Shown piece after piece: positions 38,997 to 48,322 of a stretch of DNA of 64,000 bases. Under the pieces are notes generated by a model. It saw only the letters and a list, made by a program, of their open reading frames with translations. It was not told the origin of the DNA and did not search any database. Origin of the DNA: a bacterium (GTDB lineage Bacteria; Zhuqueibacterota; Zhuqueibacteria; Residuimicrobiales; Krinioviventaceae). Location: positions 1,216,001 to 1,280,000 of the forward strand of contig OY843751.1 in assembly GCA_963693055.1 (NCBI GenBank). The letters are read 5' to 3'. How positions within the stretch are numbered: position 1 is the first letter of the stretch; each line of letters starts with the position of its first letter. The position numbers were made by a program, and so were the translations under genes.

Positions 38997-40388
38997 ATGA
39001 ATAATCAGAAAATTAAAGTTGATCTCGATTTAATCAAAAAATATGACCAACCGGGTCCCCGGTATACCAGTTATCCTACCGCTCCTTATTTCCATGACGG
39101 GATAACCGAAAAAGAGTATTTGCAGCATATAGATAGTGATGATATATCCTATGCTGTGCGCGATATATCTTTGTACTTTCATATCCCTTTTTGTAACAGC
39201 TTGTGTTATTTTTGCGGATGTAATTCCTTTGTAACTAAAAAGCCGGGAGTGATGGAACAGTATATAGATTATCTTGAAAAAGAGATTATAATGATTGCCG
39301 AGCGTTTGGGGCAAGACCGACATGTTGCCCAATTACACTGGGGAGGTGGTACACCTACTTATTTATCTCCGGATATGATTAAACGATTGGGTGATAGTAT
39401 TCATAAACATTTTAATTTCAAAGACGATGCAGAAGTAGGCGTTGAAATCGATCCGCGCGGACTAACCCATGATCATTTCAAGGCACTTTATGAAGCCGGA
39501 TTCAATCGCAGCAGTATGGGCGTACAGGATTTTGATCCACAGGTACAAAAAGCTGTGCATCGTATTCAGCCGGAAGAAATAACCATGCAGGCATTGCAAT
39601 GGGCCCAGGAATTTGAATTTGAAAGTATGAATGTTGATTTGATGTATGGTTTGCCGTTCCAAACCGTTGATAAATTTTCAGAAACTATTGATAAAGTCAT
39701 TAAAATGGACCCTGATCGTCTGGCGGTGTTTAATTATGCGCATTTACCGAATATTATGAAACATCAGCGCGTTATTAAAGAAGAGACGCTGCCCAAACCC
39801 GAGGTTAAATTGCAATTATTGAAAATGACTATTGAAAAATTATCAGAGGCTGGGTATGTTTATATTGGCATGGATCATTTTGCAAAACCCGATGATGAAT
39901 TGACAATTGCTATGCAAGAGGGGACACTGTATCGTAATTTTCAGGGATATTCTACGCATGCTGGTCTGGATCTGTTTGCCATGGGTATGTCGAGTATTAG
40001 TATGATGTCTGAACTGTATGTGCAGAATTACAAAACACTGGAAGAATATTATAAACCCCTTAAAGATGGTAAATTGCCAATCATGCGTGGTTATCAATTG
40101 AACCCGGATGATATATTGCGCAGAGATGTTATAACCGATTTGATGTGCAATTTTAAGCTGGAAAAACTTAAAGTCGAACAAAAGTATGACATCCGGTTCG
40201 ATGATTATTTTTCAGATGCACTGGAAGACCTGATCTCATTTGAACAGGACGAACTGGTAAAGCTGGACGCTGACAAAATTACCGTATTACCGCAGGGACG
40301 GTTGTTGATTCGAAATATTGCAATGAAATTTGATTATTATCTGAGACAAAAAACAAACGATAAACCTCAATATTCGAGAACGGTATAA
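38997..40388 (+). CDS. hemN: Oxygen-independent coproporphyrinogen III dehydrogenase (radical SAM)
   Basis: GPRYTSYPTA, YFHIPFC.SLCYFCGC, HWGGGTPT, IGMDHFA, RNFQGYST. Confidence 0.96.
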   Translation: MNNQKIKVDLDLIKKYDQPGPRYTSYPTAPYFHDGITEKEYLQHIDSDDISYAVRDISLYFHIPFCNSLCYFCGCNSFVTKKPGVMEQYIDYLEKEIIMIAERLGQDRHVAQLHWGGGTPTYLSPDMIKRLGDSIHKHFNFKDDAEVGVEIDPRGLTHDHFKALYEAGFNRSSMGVQDFDPQVQKAVHRIQPEEITMQALQWAQEFEFESMNVDLMYGLPFQTVDKFSETIDKVIKMDPDRLAVFNYAHLPNIMKHQRVIKEETLPKPEVKLQLLKMTIEKLSEAGYVYIGMDHFAKPDDELTIAMQEGTLYRNFQGYSTHAGLDLFAMGMSSISMMSELYVQNYKTLEEYYKPLKDGKLPIMRGYQLNPDDILRRDVITDLMCNFKLEKLKVEQKYDIRFDDYFSDALEDLISFEQDELVKLDADKITVLPQGRLLIRNIAMKFDYYLRQKTNDKPQYSRTV

Positions 40389-40390
40389 TT

Positions 40391-41353
40391 ATGCCAACAG
40401 CAATTTTGTTATGCAACATGGGTGGCCCGGATTCTTTGGATGATGTACAGCCCTATCTTGAAAACATTTTCATGGATCCGGATATTATTGATATCCCACT
40501 TTCAGGAAAATGGAGAACCGTATTTGCCAGGTATCTCGCAAAGAAGAGGGCTCCCAAATCTACAAAAATATTTGAGCATATGGGCGGCAGCAGCCCATTG
40601 CTTGAAATTACTCAAAAACAAGCGGACAGGCTTGCCGAAAGGTTAACCGATAAAGGGAAAATATGCAAGGTGTATCCGGCTATGCGTTACTGGCATCCCT
40701 TGATACCGGAAGTTTGGCAGCAGATTGCTAAAGAAGATTTTAAAAAAATAGTTGTAATATCGCTTTTTTCTTATTATTCTACTGCTACCTCAGGATCCAT
40801 ACAACGCTTGCTTTTAGAGATCTCCGGGAAATATCCGGTAAATGCTGATGTCTATTTTATTGATCGGTTTGGAAATCATCCTGAATTTATACATGCTATG
40901 GCAAAGCAAATGAAGCATTATATTGGCGAGGAAAACAATCAGCATGATATTCATATATTGTTGAGTGCTCATAGTATTCCTCAGAGCCGGGTTGCAAAGG
41001 GTGATCCTTATCAGGATGAGATTGAAGAAGCTGTGGGGCAGTTGCGCGATGAATTGCCGGAAAATTATAAATTACATATATCTTATCAAAGCAAGATTGG
41101 TCCTGTCAGGTGGCTCGAGCCGGCAACATCTGAAAAGATTTTAGAGTTGGCAGAGCAGGGAGTACAAAAATTGTGGGTATATCCGTTGGGTTTTACAGCG
41201 GATAATTCAGAAACCATTTATGAAATTGGTTCTCTTTATCATGATCTTGCGAAAGAGCATGGTATTAAAGAGTATATCCGCATTCCGGCATTGAATGATG
41301 ATAATGGATTCATTGCCGCATTAGAGCGGATCATAATTGACCATGTTGACTAG
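40391..41353 (+). CDS. hemH: Ferrochelatase
   Basis: LLCNMGGP, GGSSPL, AMRYWHP, SAHSIP, YQSKIGPVRWLEP, DNSETIYEI. Confidence 0.93.
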   Translation: MPTAILLCNMGGPDSLDDVQPYLENIFMDPDIIDIPLSGKWRTVFARYLAKKRAPKSTKIFEHMGGSSPLLEITQKQADRLAERLTDKGKICKVYPAMRYWHPLIPEVWQQIAKEDFKKIVVISLFSYYSTATSGSIQRLLLEISGKYPVNADVYFIDRFGNHPEFIHAMAKQMKHYIGEENNQHDIHILLSAHSIPQSRVAKGDPYQDEIEEAVGQLRDELPENYKLHISYQSKIGPVRWLEPATSEKILELAEQGVQKLWVYPLGFTADNSETIYEIGSLYHDLAKEHGIKEYIRIPALNDDNGFIAALERIIIDHVD

Positions 41354-41385
41354 AATCAGGTTAAATAAAACCAGGCAGGGTTAAA

Positions 41386-42753
41386 ATGAGCAAAAGTGTA
41401 GCAGTAATTGGCGCCGGTATTTCAGGATTATGCACATCGTACTGGTTGCATAAGGACGGTTATGAGGTAACCGTTTTGGAAAAACTGGACCGTGTGGGTG
41501 GATCGATTATTTCCGAAAAAAAAGATGGTTTTGTAATCGATTTGGGCCCCAATACGGCCCTTGAAACCTCTGAAACATTAAAAGATCTGATAAAAGATCT
41601 GGGAATTGAAGATAAAAAGATTTATGGCAGTTACGAGGCAAATAACCGATACATTGTGCGCAATGGGCAATTGCATCCGCTTGCCATGTCACCGCTAAAG
41701 TTCTTAACATCAAAATTATTTTCTACCAAAGCAAAAATCCGTTTAATGCGGGAACCGTTTATCAAAAAGATAGAGGCAGAAGATATTTCCTTGTCTGATT
41801 TTGTTAAATATCGCCTGGGACAAGAGTTTCTGGATTATGCCATTAATCCCTTTGTTGCGGGTGTTTATGCCGGTGATCCCGATAATTTGAGCACCCCTGC
41901 GGGTTTTCCCAAACTTTGGGCGCTTGAACAAAAATATGGTTCGTTTATAAAAGGAGCTGTTATAGGTGCCAGAGAACGTAAAAAACGCAAAGAAGTGGCC
42001 AAAGACCGCGCCAAGATGTTTTCTTTTGAAAACGGATTGCAATTCTTTACGGATACCATGGCTGAAAAAGTAGGTGGTGTACAAACCGGTGTAGATATCC
42101 AAAAATTAGAAAAGAACGGAACCGGCTGGAACATTACCTATGTTCAAAATGGTGAGACCCAAACAAAATCGTTTGATAATGTTGTAATCTCTACTCAAAC
42201 GGATTCCATTGCACAGTTTGTTAAGGACCTTTCCTCCGAAGCATCTGAAGCATTCAAGAATATTTATTATCCACCGGTTACCCTGGTGTTTATGGGATTC
42301 AAAAAAGAACAGATTGGCAGACCGTTAGATGGATTTGGTTTTTTGGTACCCAAAATTGAAAATCGCAAGATTCTGGGCACGTTGTGGAGCTCGGTGATCT
42401 TTCCGGATCGCGCTCCTGAAGGACATGCCGCATTAACTACGTTTGTTGGCGGAACACGACAGCCTGAAATGACAGATCTGTCTGATGAAGAATTGGAAGC
42501 TGTTGTTCTACAAGAACTGGGTGATCTGATGCAGATCAGCGGTAAACCGGTTATAACCCGTATGTTGAAATGGCCGCGTGCAATTCCACAATATACTATG
42601 GGATACATGAAGATCAAAACCATGTTTGACGAGCTGGAACAAAAGAATGCAGGTCTTTATTTTGCCACTAATGCGCGTCGAGGAATCAGTGTGGGCGATA
42701 GTGTGTTGTGCGCCAGAGAGACTTTTGAAAGAATGACCGATACAAAAGCGTAA
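41386..42753 (+). CDS. hemY: FAD-dependent protoporphyrinogen oxidase (HemY family)
   Basis: [55 protein letters not shown]. Confidence 0.93.
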   Translation: MSKSVAVIGAGISGLCTSYWLHKDGYEVTVLEKLDRVGGSIISEKKDGFVIDLGPNTALETSETLKDLIKDLGIEDKKIYGSYEANNRYIVRNGQLHPLAMSPLKFLTSKLFSTKAKIRLMREPFIKKIEAEDISLSDFVKYRLGQEFLDYAINPFVAGVYAGDPDNLSTPAGFPKLWALEQKYGSFIKGAVIGARERKKRKEVAKDRAKMFSFENGLQFFTDTMAEKVGGVQTGVDIQKLEKNGTGWNITYVQNGETQTKSFDNVVISTQTDSIAQFVKDLSSEASEAFKNIYYPPVTLVFMGFKKEQIGRPLDGFGFLVPKIENRKILGTLWSSVIFPDRAPEGHAALTTFVGGTRQPEMTDLSDEELEAVVLQELGDLMQISGKPVITRMLKWPRAIPQYTMGYMKIKTMFDELEQKNAGLYFATNARRGISVGDSVLCARETFERMTDTKA

Positions 42754-42787
42754 AAAAGTATTTTTTATAAATGTGGAAAGGATGACC

Positions 42788-43762
42788 ATGTATACACCTT
42801 ATTATCGTCCAAGAAGATTAAGACGTAATGAAAATATCCGTAGAATGGTGCGTGAAAATTTTGTGAGTGTTGATGATTTATTATACCCGCTTTTTGTAGT
42901 AGAGGGCAAGGGGATTAAAAACGAGATCAAGTCCATGCCAGGTAATTATCAAATGTCTATTGATGAATTGGTCAAAGAAGTCAAAGAAATCCACTCTATG
43001 GGTATTCCATCCATAATGCTGTTTGGAATTCCCGCTGAAAAAGATGCTGTGGGTAGTGATGCTACCTGCGATACCGGCATCATCCAGCGCGCGGTGAGAG
43101 AAGTGAAATCCGCAGTGCCTGATATGTACCTGGTAACCGATGTATGCTTTTGCGAGTATACCGACCACGGCCATTGCGGTCCCATTGTGGATAATGATGT
43201 AGATAACGATGCGACATTGGAGCTATTGGGAAAACAGGTGATTACCCACGCCAAAGCGGGAGCGGATATGGTTGCGCCCTCGGGCATGATGGACGGTATG
43301 ATTGGTGCTATTCGCGATGCATTAGACGGAGAAGGATTCAGTCAGATTCCGGTTATGAGTTATGCTGCCAAATATGCATCCGCTTTTTATGGCCCGTTTC
43401 GGGATGCGGCTGATTCGGCACCTCAATTTGGTGACCGACGTTCGTACCAGATGGACCCCGCAAATGCGAGAGAGGCCCTGAAAGAAGTGGAACTGGATAT
43501 TGAAGAAGGCGCCGATATTGTGATGGTAAAACCGGCCTTGTCGTATCTGGATATTATCTCTGCTGTACGCGCAACCACCAATTTGCCGGTAGCCGCTTAT
43601 AATGTGAGTGGCGAGTTTTCTATGGTCAAAGCCGCAGCCGCAAATGGCTGGATAGATGAACAGCGTGTTGCAATGGAGATGTTGTTGTCTATGAAGCGCG
43701 CGGGCGCTGATATTATTTTGACCTACTTTGCCAAAGATGTTGCCAAATGGTTGAACGGGTGA
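42788..43762 (+). CDS. hemB: Porphobilinogen synthase (Zn-type ALA dehydratase)
   Basis: [43 protein letters not shown]. The start could be 42782 or 42788. Confidence 0.97.
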   Translation: MYTPYYRPRRLRRNENIRRMVRENFVSVDDLLYPLFVVEGKGIKNEIKSMPGNYQMSIDELVKEVKEIHSMGIPSIMLFGIPAEKDAVGSDATCDTGIIQRAVREVKSAVPDMYLVTDVCFCEYTDHGHCGPIVDNDVDNDATLELLGKQVITHAKAGADMVAPSGMMDGMIGAIRDALDGEGFSQIPVMSYAAKYASAFYGPFRDAADSAPQFGDRRSYQMDPANAREALKEVELDIEEGADIVMVKPALSYLDIISAVRATTNLPVAAYNVSGEFSMVKAAAANGWIDEQRVAMEMLLSMKRAGADIILTYFAKDVAKWLNG

Positions 43763-43770
43763 TTTAGTCA

Positions 43771-44082
43771 TACCGGACTCAAGTCCTGTAATATATTCCG
43801 CAGGGTATAAATATACCCTGCGATCAGGTATATATTAAATCGAGACATCGATCGTGATGCATATCCATGCATCACGGGATATTACCCGGGATATATATCC
43901 CGAACAAAAGACTTTTACTCCTTCCGAAACTCTTGTTTCGGAAGGAACTGAAACCCAAAACTCTGTTTTGTGTCATCTAATCATGACGCATATATATGCG
44001 TCATGGGATAATGTGTGGGATATGTGTCCCGGACTTGAGTCCGGTAATATATCCCGCAGGGCATAAATATACCCTGCGATCA
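43771..44082. repeat. Cluster of REP-like palindromes: three full or partial copies of a ~90-bp three-hairpin element plus a different REP-like hairpin
   Basis: 43771-43826 is nearly identical to 44029-44082. Hairpins TGATGCAT/ATGCATCA, TGACGCAT/ATGCGTCA, CAGGG(T/C)AT/ATACCCTG, CCGGACT/AGTCCGG, TCCTTCCGAAAC/GTTTCGGAAGGA. Confidence 0.85.
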
Positions 44083-44115
44083 ATGAGGATAAGTGATAAA
44101 AAATTGGAGATACAT

Positions 44116-45396
44116 GTGAGCAAGAGTGAACAATTGTTTGAAAAATCCAGAGCTGTTATGCCGGGTGGAGTCAATTCTCCCGTACGGGCATTTAAATCTG
44201 TTGACCGGACACCGGTGTTTATTGCATCTGCCAAGGGCTGCAAGATCACGGATGTGGACGGCAAAGAATATATCGATTATGTAGGATCGTGGGGACCGCT
44301 CATTCTGGGTCATGCCCATGATGAAGTTTTAGAGGCCATCAACAGCGCGGCTGCCAACGGTACAAGCTATGGCGCACCCACTGAAATTGAAATTGAATTG
44401 GCGCAAAAAATTATAGATATGGTGCCATCGGTAGAGATGGTACGTCTGGTAAATTCAGGAACCGAAGCCACCATGAGCGCAATCCGCGCGGCAAGAGGAT
44501 TTACCGGCAGGGACAAGTTTATTAAATTTGAAGGTTGTTATCATGGCCATGGCGACAGCTTTTTGATCAAAGCCGGCTCTGGCGCGCTGACACTGGGTGA
44601 ACCCACGAGTCCCGGTGTACCGAAAAATGTTGCGCAGGATACCCTGACTGCGGATTTTAACGATATTTCATCTGTTGAAGCGCTGTTCAACGAGTACAAG
44701 GGCCAGATTGCCGGTGTAATTGTAGAACCCATTGCCGGAAACATGGGTGTTGTGCCGCCAGCGGATGGATTTTTACAGAGATTGCGAAAATTGTGTGATG
44801 AAAATAGTAGTGTTTTGATTTTTGATGAAGTGATGACCGGTTTTCGTGTAGCTCCCGGTGGTGCGCAGGAACTGTATGGCGTTACTCCGGATCTTACTAC
44901 CATGGGCAAAGTGATTGGCGGCGGTTTGCCGGTAGGTGCCTATGGCGGTAAAAAAGAGATCATGAGCAAAATTTCTCCCGATGGCCCCATTTACCAGGCG
45001 GGAACGCTTTCCGGTAATCCATTGGCGGTTTCGGCAGGACTCAAAACACTCGAGATTTTAACACGACCCGGATTCTTTGATACGCTCAATGCCAAAGCGA
45101 GAGCTTTTTTTGAATACACGCAAAAGATGATCGATGAGAAAAACTTGCCCTTGACATTGAATGCTGTCAACTCTATGGGCTGCCTCTATTTTAATCCCAA
45201 CAAGGTAATGGGATTCAAGGATGCTACCGCATCCGATACGGCTACATTCAGCCGATTCTTTGGTGAACTGCTGGACAATGGTGTATATATCGCGCCGTCA
45301 CAGTTTGAAGCCATGTTTATATCCGCCGCCCACTCGGATGATGATCTTGCCCGCACCGGAGATGTGGTTGCTGCTGCATTGGAAAAAGTGTTGTAA
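44116..45396 (+). CDS. hemL: Glutamate-1-semialdehyde 2,1-aminomutase
   Basis: PGGVNSPVRAF, YIDYVGSWGP, VNSGTEA, FDEVMTGFR, GKVIGGGLP. GTG start at 44116 after GGAGA. Confidence 0.97.
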   Translation: MSKSEQLFEKSRAVMPGGVNSPVRAFKSVDRTPVFIASAKGCKITDVDGKEYIDYVGSWGPLILGHAHDEVLEAINSAAANGTSYGAPTEIEIELAQKIIDMVPSVEMVRLVNSGTEATMSAIRAARGFTGRDKFIKFEGCYHGHGDSFLIKAGSGALTLGEPTSPGVPKNVAQDTLTADFNDISSVEALFNEYKGQIAGVIVEPIAGNMGVVPPADGFLQRLRKLCDENSSVLIFDEVMTGFRVAPGGAQELYGVTPDLTTMGKVIGGGLPVGAYGGKKEIMSKISPDGPIYQAGTLSGNPLAVSAGLKTLEILTRPGFFDTLNAKARAFFEYTQKMIDEKNLPLTLNAVNSMGCLYFNPNKVMGFKDATASDTATFSRFFGELLDNGVYIAPSQFEAMFISAAHSDDDLARTGDVVAAALEKVL

Positions 45397-45527
45397 GACT
45401 TTTGAAAGAAACCTCCCGGAGGTGGAAATTCTCCCCCGGAACTTAATTTAACAAGTTACGTTAAATAGGAACAGTCAGAAATTTTTATTTTCTGTTTATT
45501 TTTACTATTTATTTCAAGGGGTGTATT

Positions 45528-46208
45528 ATGCACAAACCAAAATTTTTATCCCGTCTCATGTTTACCGTTTTGATTGTTGCTCTTCCCGGTTTTTTGTTAG
45601 CCGAACCGGATTTGTACCTGGGGCTGACCGGAGGATTGAATCGATCGCAACTGACTACAGATTCCAATTTTTCAACATTTGGCCCTTATGATCAGGCTGC
45701 TTTGAACCTGAACGGAGGGATATCCGTATTGATGCAATTTGAACGTTGGGGAGTTGAATCCGGGATTAGTTACAGCCAGGCGGGTGCCAGAACTGAATCT
45801 ATGGTGGGCACAACTGAAAGCGGTGCCATTCAGGGAGAATTCTGGATTTCGCAGAAGCAATCTTATCTGGAAGTGCCGATTCTGGCTTCTTATTCATTTA
45901 ATACTGGCGGATTCAATCCCTATCTGTTTGCGGGACCGAATGTTCGATTTCTGTTAAATGGAGAAGAAAAAATGGATTCCGATTACGGTGAGCAGGAATG
46001 GAATCGAGAGATTGATGGGTATATGAATGATGTGAACATTGCGCTGGAAAGTGGTGCCGGTGTGCGATACGCTGTCACTCCTGTGCTGAATATGGGTGTT
46101 TCAGCCTCTTATCTGTTTGGGCTCAACAACCAATTGTCCAGCAACGCGTATGGTGAGCAAAAGGCCAGAGATTTTCGTTTCAATTTCGCTCTCTATTATC
46201 TGCTATAA
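45528..46208 (+). CDS. Small outer-membrane beta-barrel (porin family, PorT-like)
   Basis: Signal peptide; GLTGGLN.S, YSQAG, YLEVPILA, PYLFAGP; alternating aromatic residues at the C-terminus. Confidence 0.75.
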   Translation: MHKPKFLSRLMFTVLIVALPGFLLAEPDLYLGLTGGLNRSQLTTDSNFSTFGPYDQAALNLNGGISVLMQFERWGVESGISYSQAGARTESMVGTTESGAIQGEFWISQKQSYLEVPILASYSFNTGGFNPYLFAGPNVRFLLNGEEKMDSDYGEQEWNREIDGYMNDVNIALESGAGVRYAVTPVLNMGVSASYLFGLNNQLSSNAYGEQKARDFRFNFALYYLL

Positions 46209-46231
46209 GGTTTTACTAAACTCTTGATGAT

Positions 46232-46272
46232 AACCGTCCTGATGCAGTATCCTTCCACCGGGACGGTTTTTT
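46232..46272 (+). terminator. Probable intrinsic terminator
   Basis: AACCGTCC / GGACGGTT stem followed by a T run. Confidence 0.6.
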
Positions 46273-46297
46273 ATTTCTTCCAATTTTAACTTTTCTC

Positions 46298-46456
46298 TGT
46301 AAAAATGACAAATCCGTGATTTTGATATGTAATTTTGACATACAGACAAATTCTTGTCTGTCAATTTTACAAAATCAGTATTTTAGATTGATATTTTATT
46401 AACTTGTTTATAATTAATTATTTACGTAAAGATTGTGGGTTTGGCATATATTTTGT
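46298..46456 (+). promoter_or_regulatory. Candidate sigma-54 promoter with three upstream activator sites
   Basis: TGGCAT-N5-TTGT at 46442-46456 (-24/-12, with GT in place of GC). TGTAAAAATGACA at 46298, TGTAATTTTGACA at 46328, TGTCAATTTTACA at 46359. AT-rich spacer in between. Confidence 0.55.
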
Positions 46457-46537
46457 ATTTCCCCAGGTAAATGAATTAGCAACACAATCATACAGATTGT
46501 GAGAGTACAGTAACTATTATATTCAGGAGGTAATGTT

Positions 46538-46972
46538 ATGGATATACGTTATATGTTGGGCGGCAATCCTTTTGAAGAGATGAATCGATTAAGAAATGAA
46601 ATGGACCATCTTTTTAATGGATTTAATACGCTGAAAAGACCGGCAGTATATCCTGCAGTTAATATCTGGAGCAATAAAGATATGGCGATATTGACGGCTG
46701 AATTGCCCGGATATGATTTGAAGGATTTTAACGCGTCGGTTGTTGATGATACCCTGGTCTTAACAGGTGAACGTGAATCCCTAAAAACCAGTGATAAAGA
46801 AGCTTTACAGCGTAATGAACGCATGACAGGAAAATTTGAGAAACAGGTTCGTCTGCCGTTTCCGGTAGACGCAAATAAAATTGAGGCAACCTATAAAGAC
46901 GGTGTACTGAATATTACAATGCCGCGAAAAGAAGAAGACAAGCCTCGTAAAATTACTATAAAAGCAAACTGA
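46538..46972 (+). CDS. Hsp20/alpha-crystallin small heat-shock protein
   Basis: YPAVNIW, AELPG, L.LTGER, RNER..GKF, ATYKDGVLNITMPR. RBS CAGGAGG. Confidence 0.93.
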   Translation: MDIRYMLGGNPFEEMNRLRNEMDHLFNGFNTLKRPAVYPAVNIWSNKDMAILTAELPGYDLKDFNASVVDDTLVLTGERESLKTSDKEALQRNERMTGKFEKQVRLPFPVDANKIEATYKDGVLNITMPRKEEDKPRKITIKAN

Positions 46973-46989
46973 GAAAGGAGGGATGGAGA

Positions 46990-47394
46990 ATGGAAGCATT
47001 GAAAAATAAAATACAAAAACGTGACAGTGAAGCGGTTGATACCGTTGAACGTACCCGCTCGGGCAAAGTCTTTGTCCCTGCTGTAGATATACTGGACTCT
47101 GATGATCATTTGACCTTGTACGCGGACATGCCCGGATGTGAAAAAACATCCATTGATATTACTCTTGAAAATGATGTGTTGTCAATTCAGGGAAATATCT
47201 GCTGGCAGCCGCCCAAAGATTATGAACTGGTATATAACGAATATGAGGTGGGTGATTATCGCAGAGCATTTACATTGGATGAATCCATTAATCGTGAAAA
47301 GATTGAAGCGGATTATAACAACGGAGTTTTGCGATTGACCTTGCCCAAACTGGAACCGGCAAAACCGAAAAAAATTGCTGTAAAATTTTCATAA
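46990..47394 (+). CDS. Hsp20/alpha-crystallin small heat-shock protein
   Basis: PAVDI, ADMPG, GDYRRAFTL, ADYNNGVLRLTLPK. Confidence 0.93.
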   Translation: MEALKNKIQKRDSEAVDTVERTRSGKVFVPAVDILDSDDHLTLYADMPGCEKTSIDITLENDVLSIQGNICWQPPKDYELVYNEYEVGDYRRAFTLDESINREKIEADYNNGVLRLTLPKLEPAKPKKIAVKFS

Positions 47395-47447
47395 CCCCTT
47401 GTGGTATACCTGAAAAACTGTTTTGTTCATATCAGTAAGTCATTGAG

Positions 47448-47484
47448 AATGGGTGGCATTCAAAATTGTGCCGCCCATTTTTTT
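47448..47484 (+). terminator. Intrinsic terminator after the Hsp20 pair
   Basis: AATGGGTGGCA / TGCCGCCCATT stem followed by a T run. Confidence 0.7.
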
Positions 47485-47519
47485 ATCTGAAATGTAATTA
47501 AACCGTGAGGTATATGATT

Positions 47520-48221
47520 ATGGCAAAAAATTATTATCTCATTCTTGGCCTTGCTTCTGATGCATCTGATCAGGAAATAAAATCAGCATATAAACGACTC
47601 GCCAAAGAATTACATCCCGATATATCCGGAAATGACAGTGTACCTTTTCTGGAATTGCAGGAAGCTTATTCAATATTAAATGATCCTGAAAAAAGACAGC
47701 AATATGATGATCGCCGTGTTAAACGGCAGACTATATCGCGTGTACCAATAGAGCCTCTGGTGCGAAAGAGAAGTGATGTTGAACCACTCATTCCCCGCAA
47801 GCGGTCTGCTAATCCCGGCTATTCCATAAGAAATGAATTTCATACATTTATACCTTCTTTTGATGAATTGTTTGATTACCTTGATCAGAATGTTAGCCCG
47901 ATTGCCCATAGAAAAACCGATTTTGTAAAAAGCATAGCAGTGGATGTACCAGTAACCTCGATGCAGGCGTTCAGGGGTGGGCAGGTACAGATTCGAGTAC
48001 CGATACATTTTGAATGTAATGTCTGTCAGGGAGTGGGAAATGTTGGCCCCTTTGTGTGTGGGCGATGCTCCGGTGAAGGAAAGCTGGCGGGTGAGTATCC
48101 TGTTTCAATCCGTTTTCCGGGTGGTATTCGGGATGGATATACAATGGATGTGTCGTTAACAAGCCTGGGAATTCGCAATGCGTATTTATCGGTTCGTTTT
48201 TGTATTGATGGTACATTTTAA
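47520..48221 (+). CDS. Short DnaJ-family protein (J-domain plus two CxxCxGxG motifs)
   Basis: NYYLILG...IKSAYKRLAKELHPD...EAYSILNDPEKRQQYD; CNVCQGVG and CGRCSGEG. Confidence 0.85.
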   Translation: MAKNYYLILGLASDASDQEIKSAYKRLAKELHPDISGNDSVPFLELQEAYSILNDPEKRQQYDDRRVKRQTISRVPIEPLVRKRSDVEPLIPRKRSANPGYSIRNEFHTFIPSFDELFDYLDQNVSPIAHRKTDFVKSIAVDVPVTSMQAFRGGQVQIRVPIHFECNVCQGVGNVGPFVCGRCSGEGKLAGEYPVSIRFPGGIRDGYTMDVSLTSLGIRNAYLSVRFCIDGTF

Positions 48222-48322
48222 ATTTATAGAAAAATAGTAAATATTTTTGTATCTTGCACGGTACCTAAAAAATGATTATACTTTTATTATAACTATTCAT
48301 TTTGAATTGTTGGGGTACCGTT

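Noticed and set aside
43771-44082. Possible CRISPR array or integron attC sites
   Set aside because: No regular repeat-spacer period, no cas or intI gene, and no RYYYAAC/GTTRRRY ends.
43854-44115. 70-aa ORF and the 40-aa N-terminal extension of hemL
   Set aside because: Both are translations of the palindromic repeat cluster; hemL homology and the RBS point to GTG at 44116.
46476-46513. Possible CIRCE (HrcA) element upstream of Hsp20, starting TTAGCA
   Set aside because: Does not fit TTAGCACTC-N9-GAGTGCTAA; only a short CACAATC/GATTGTG hairpin is present.
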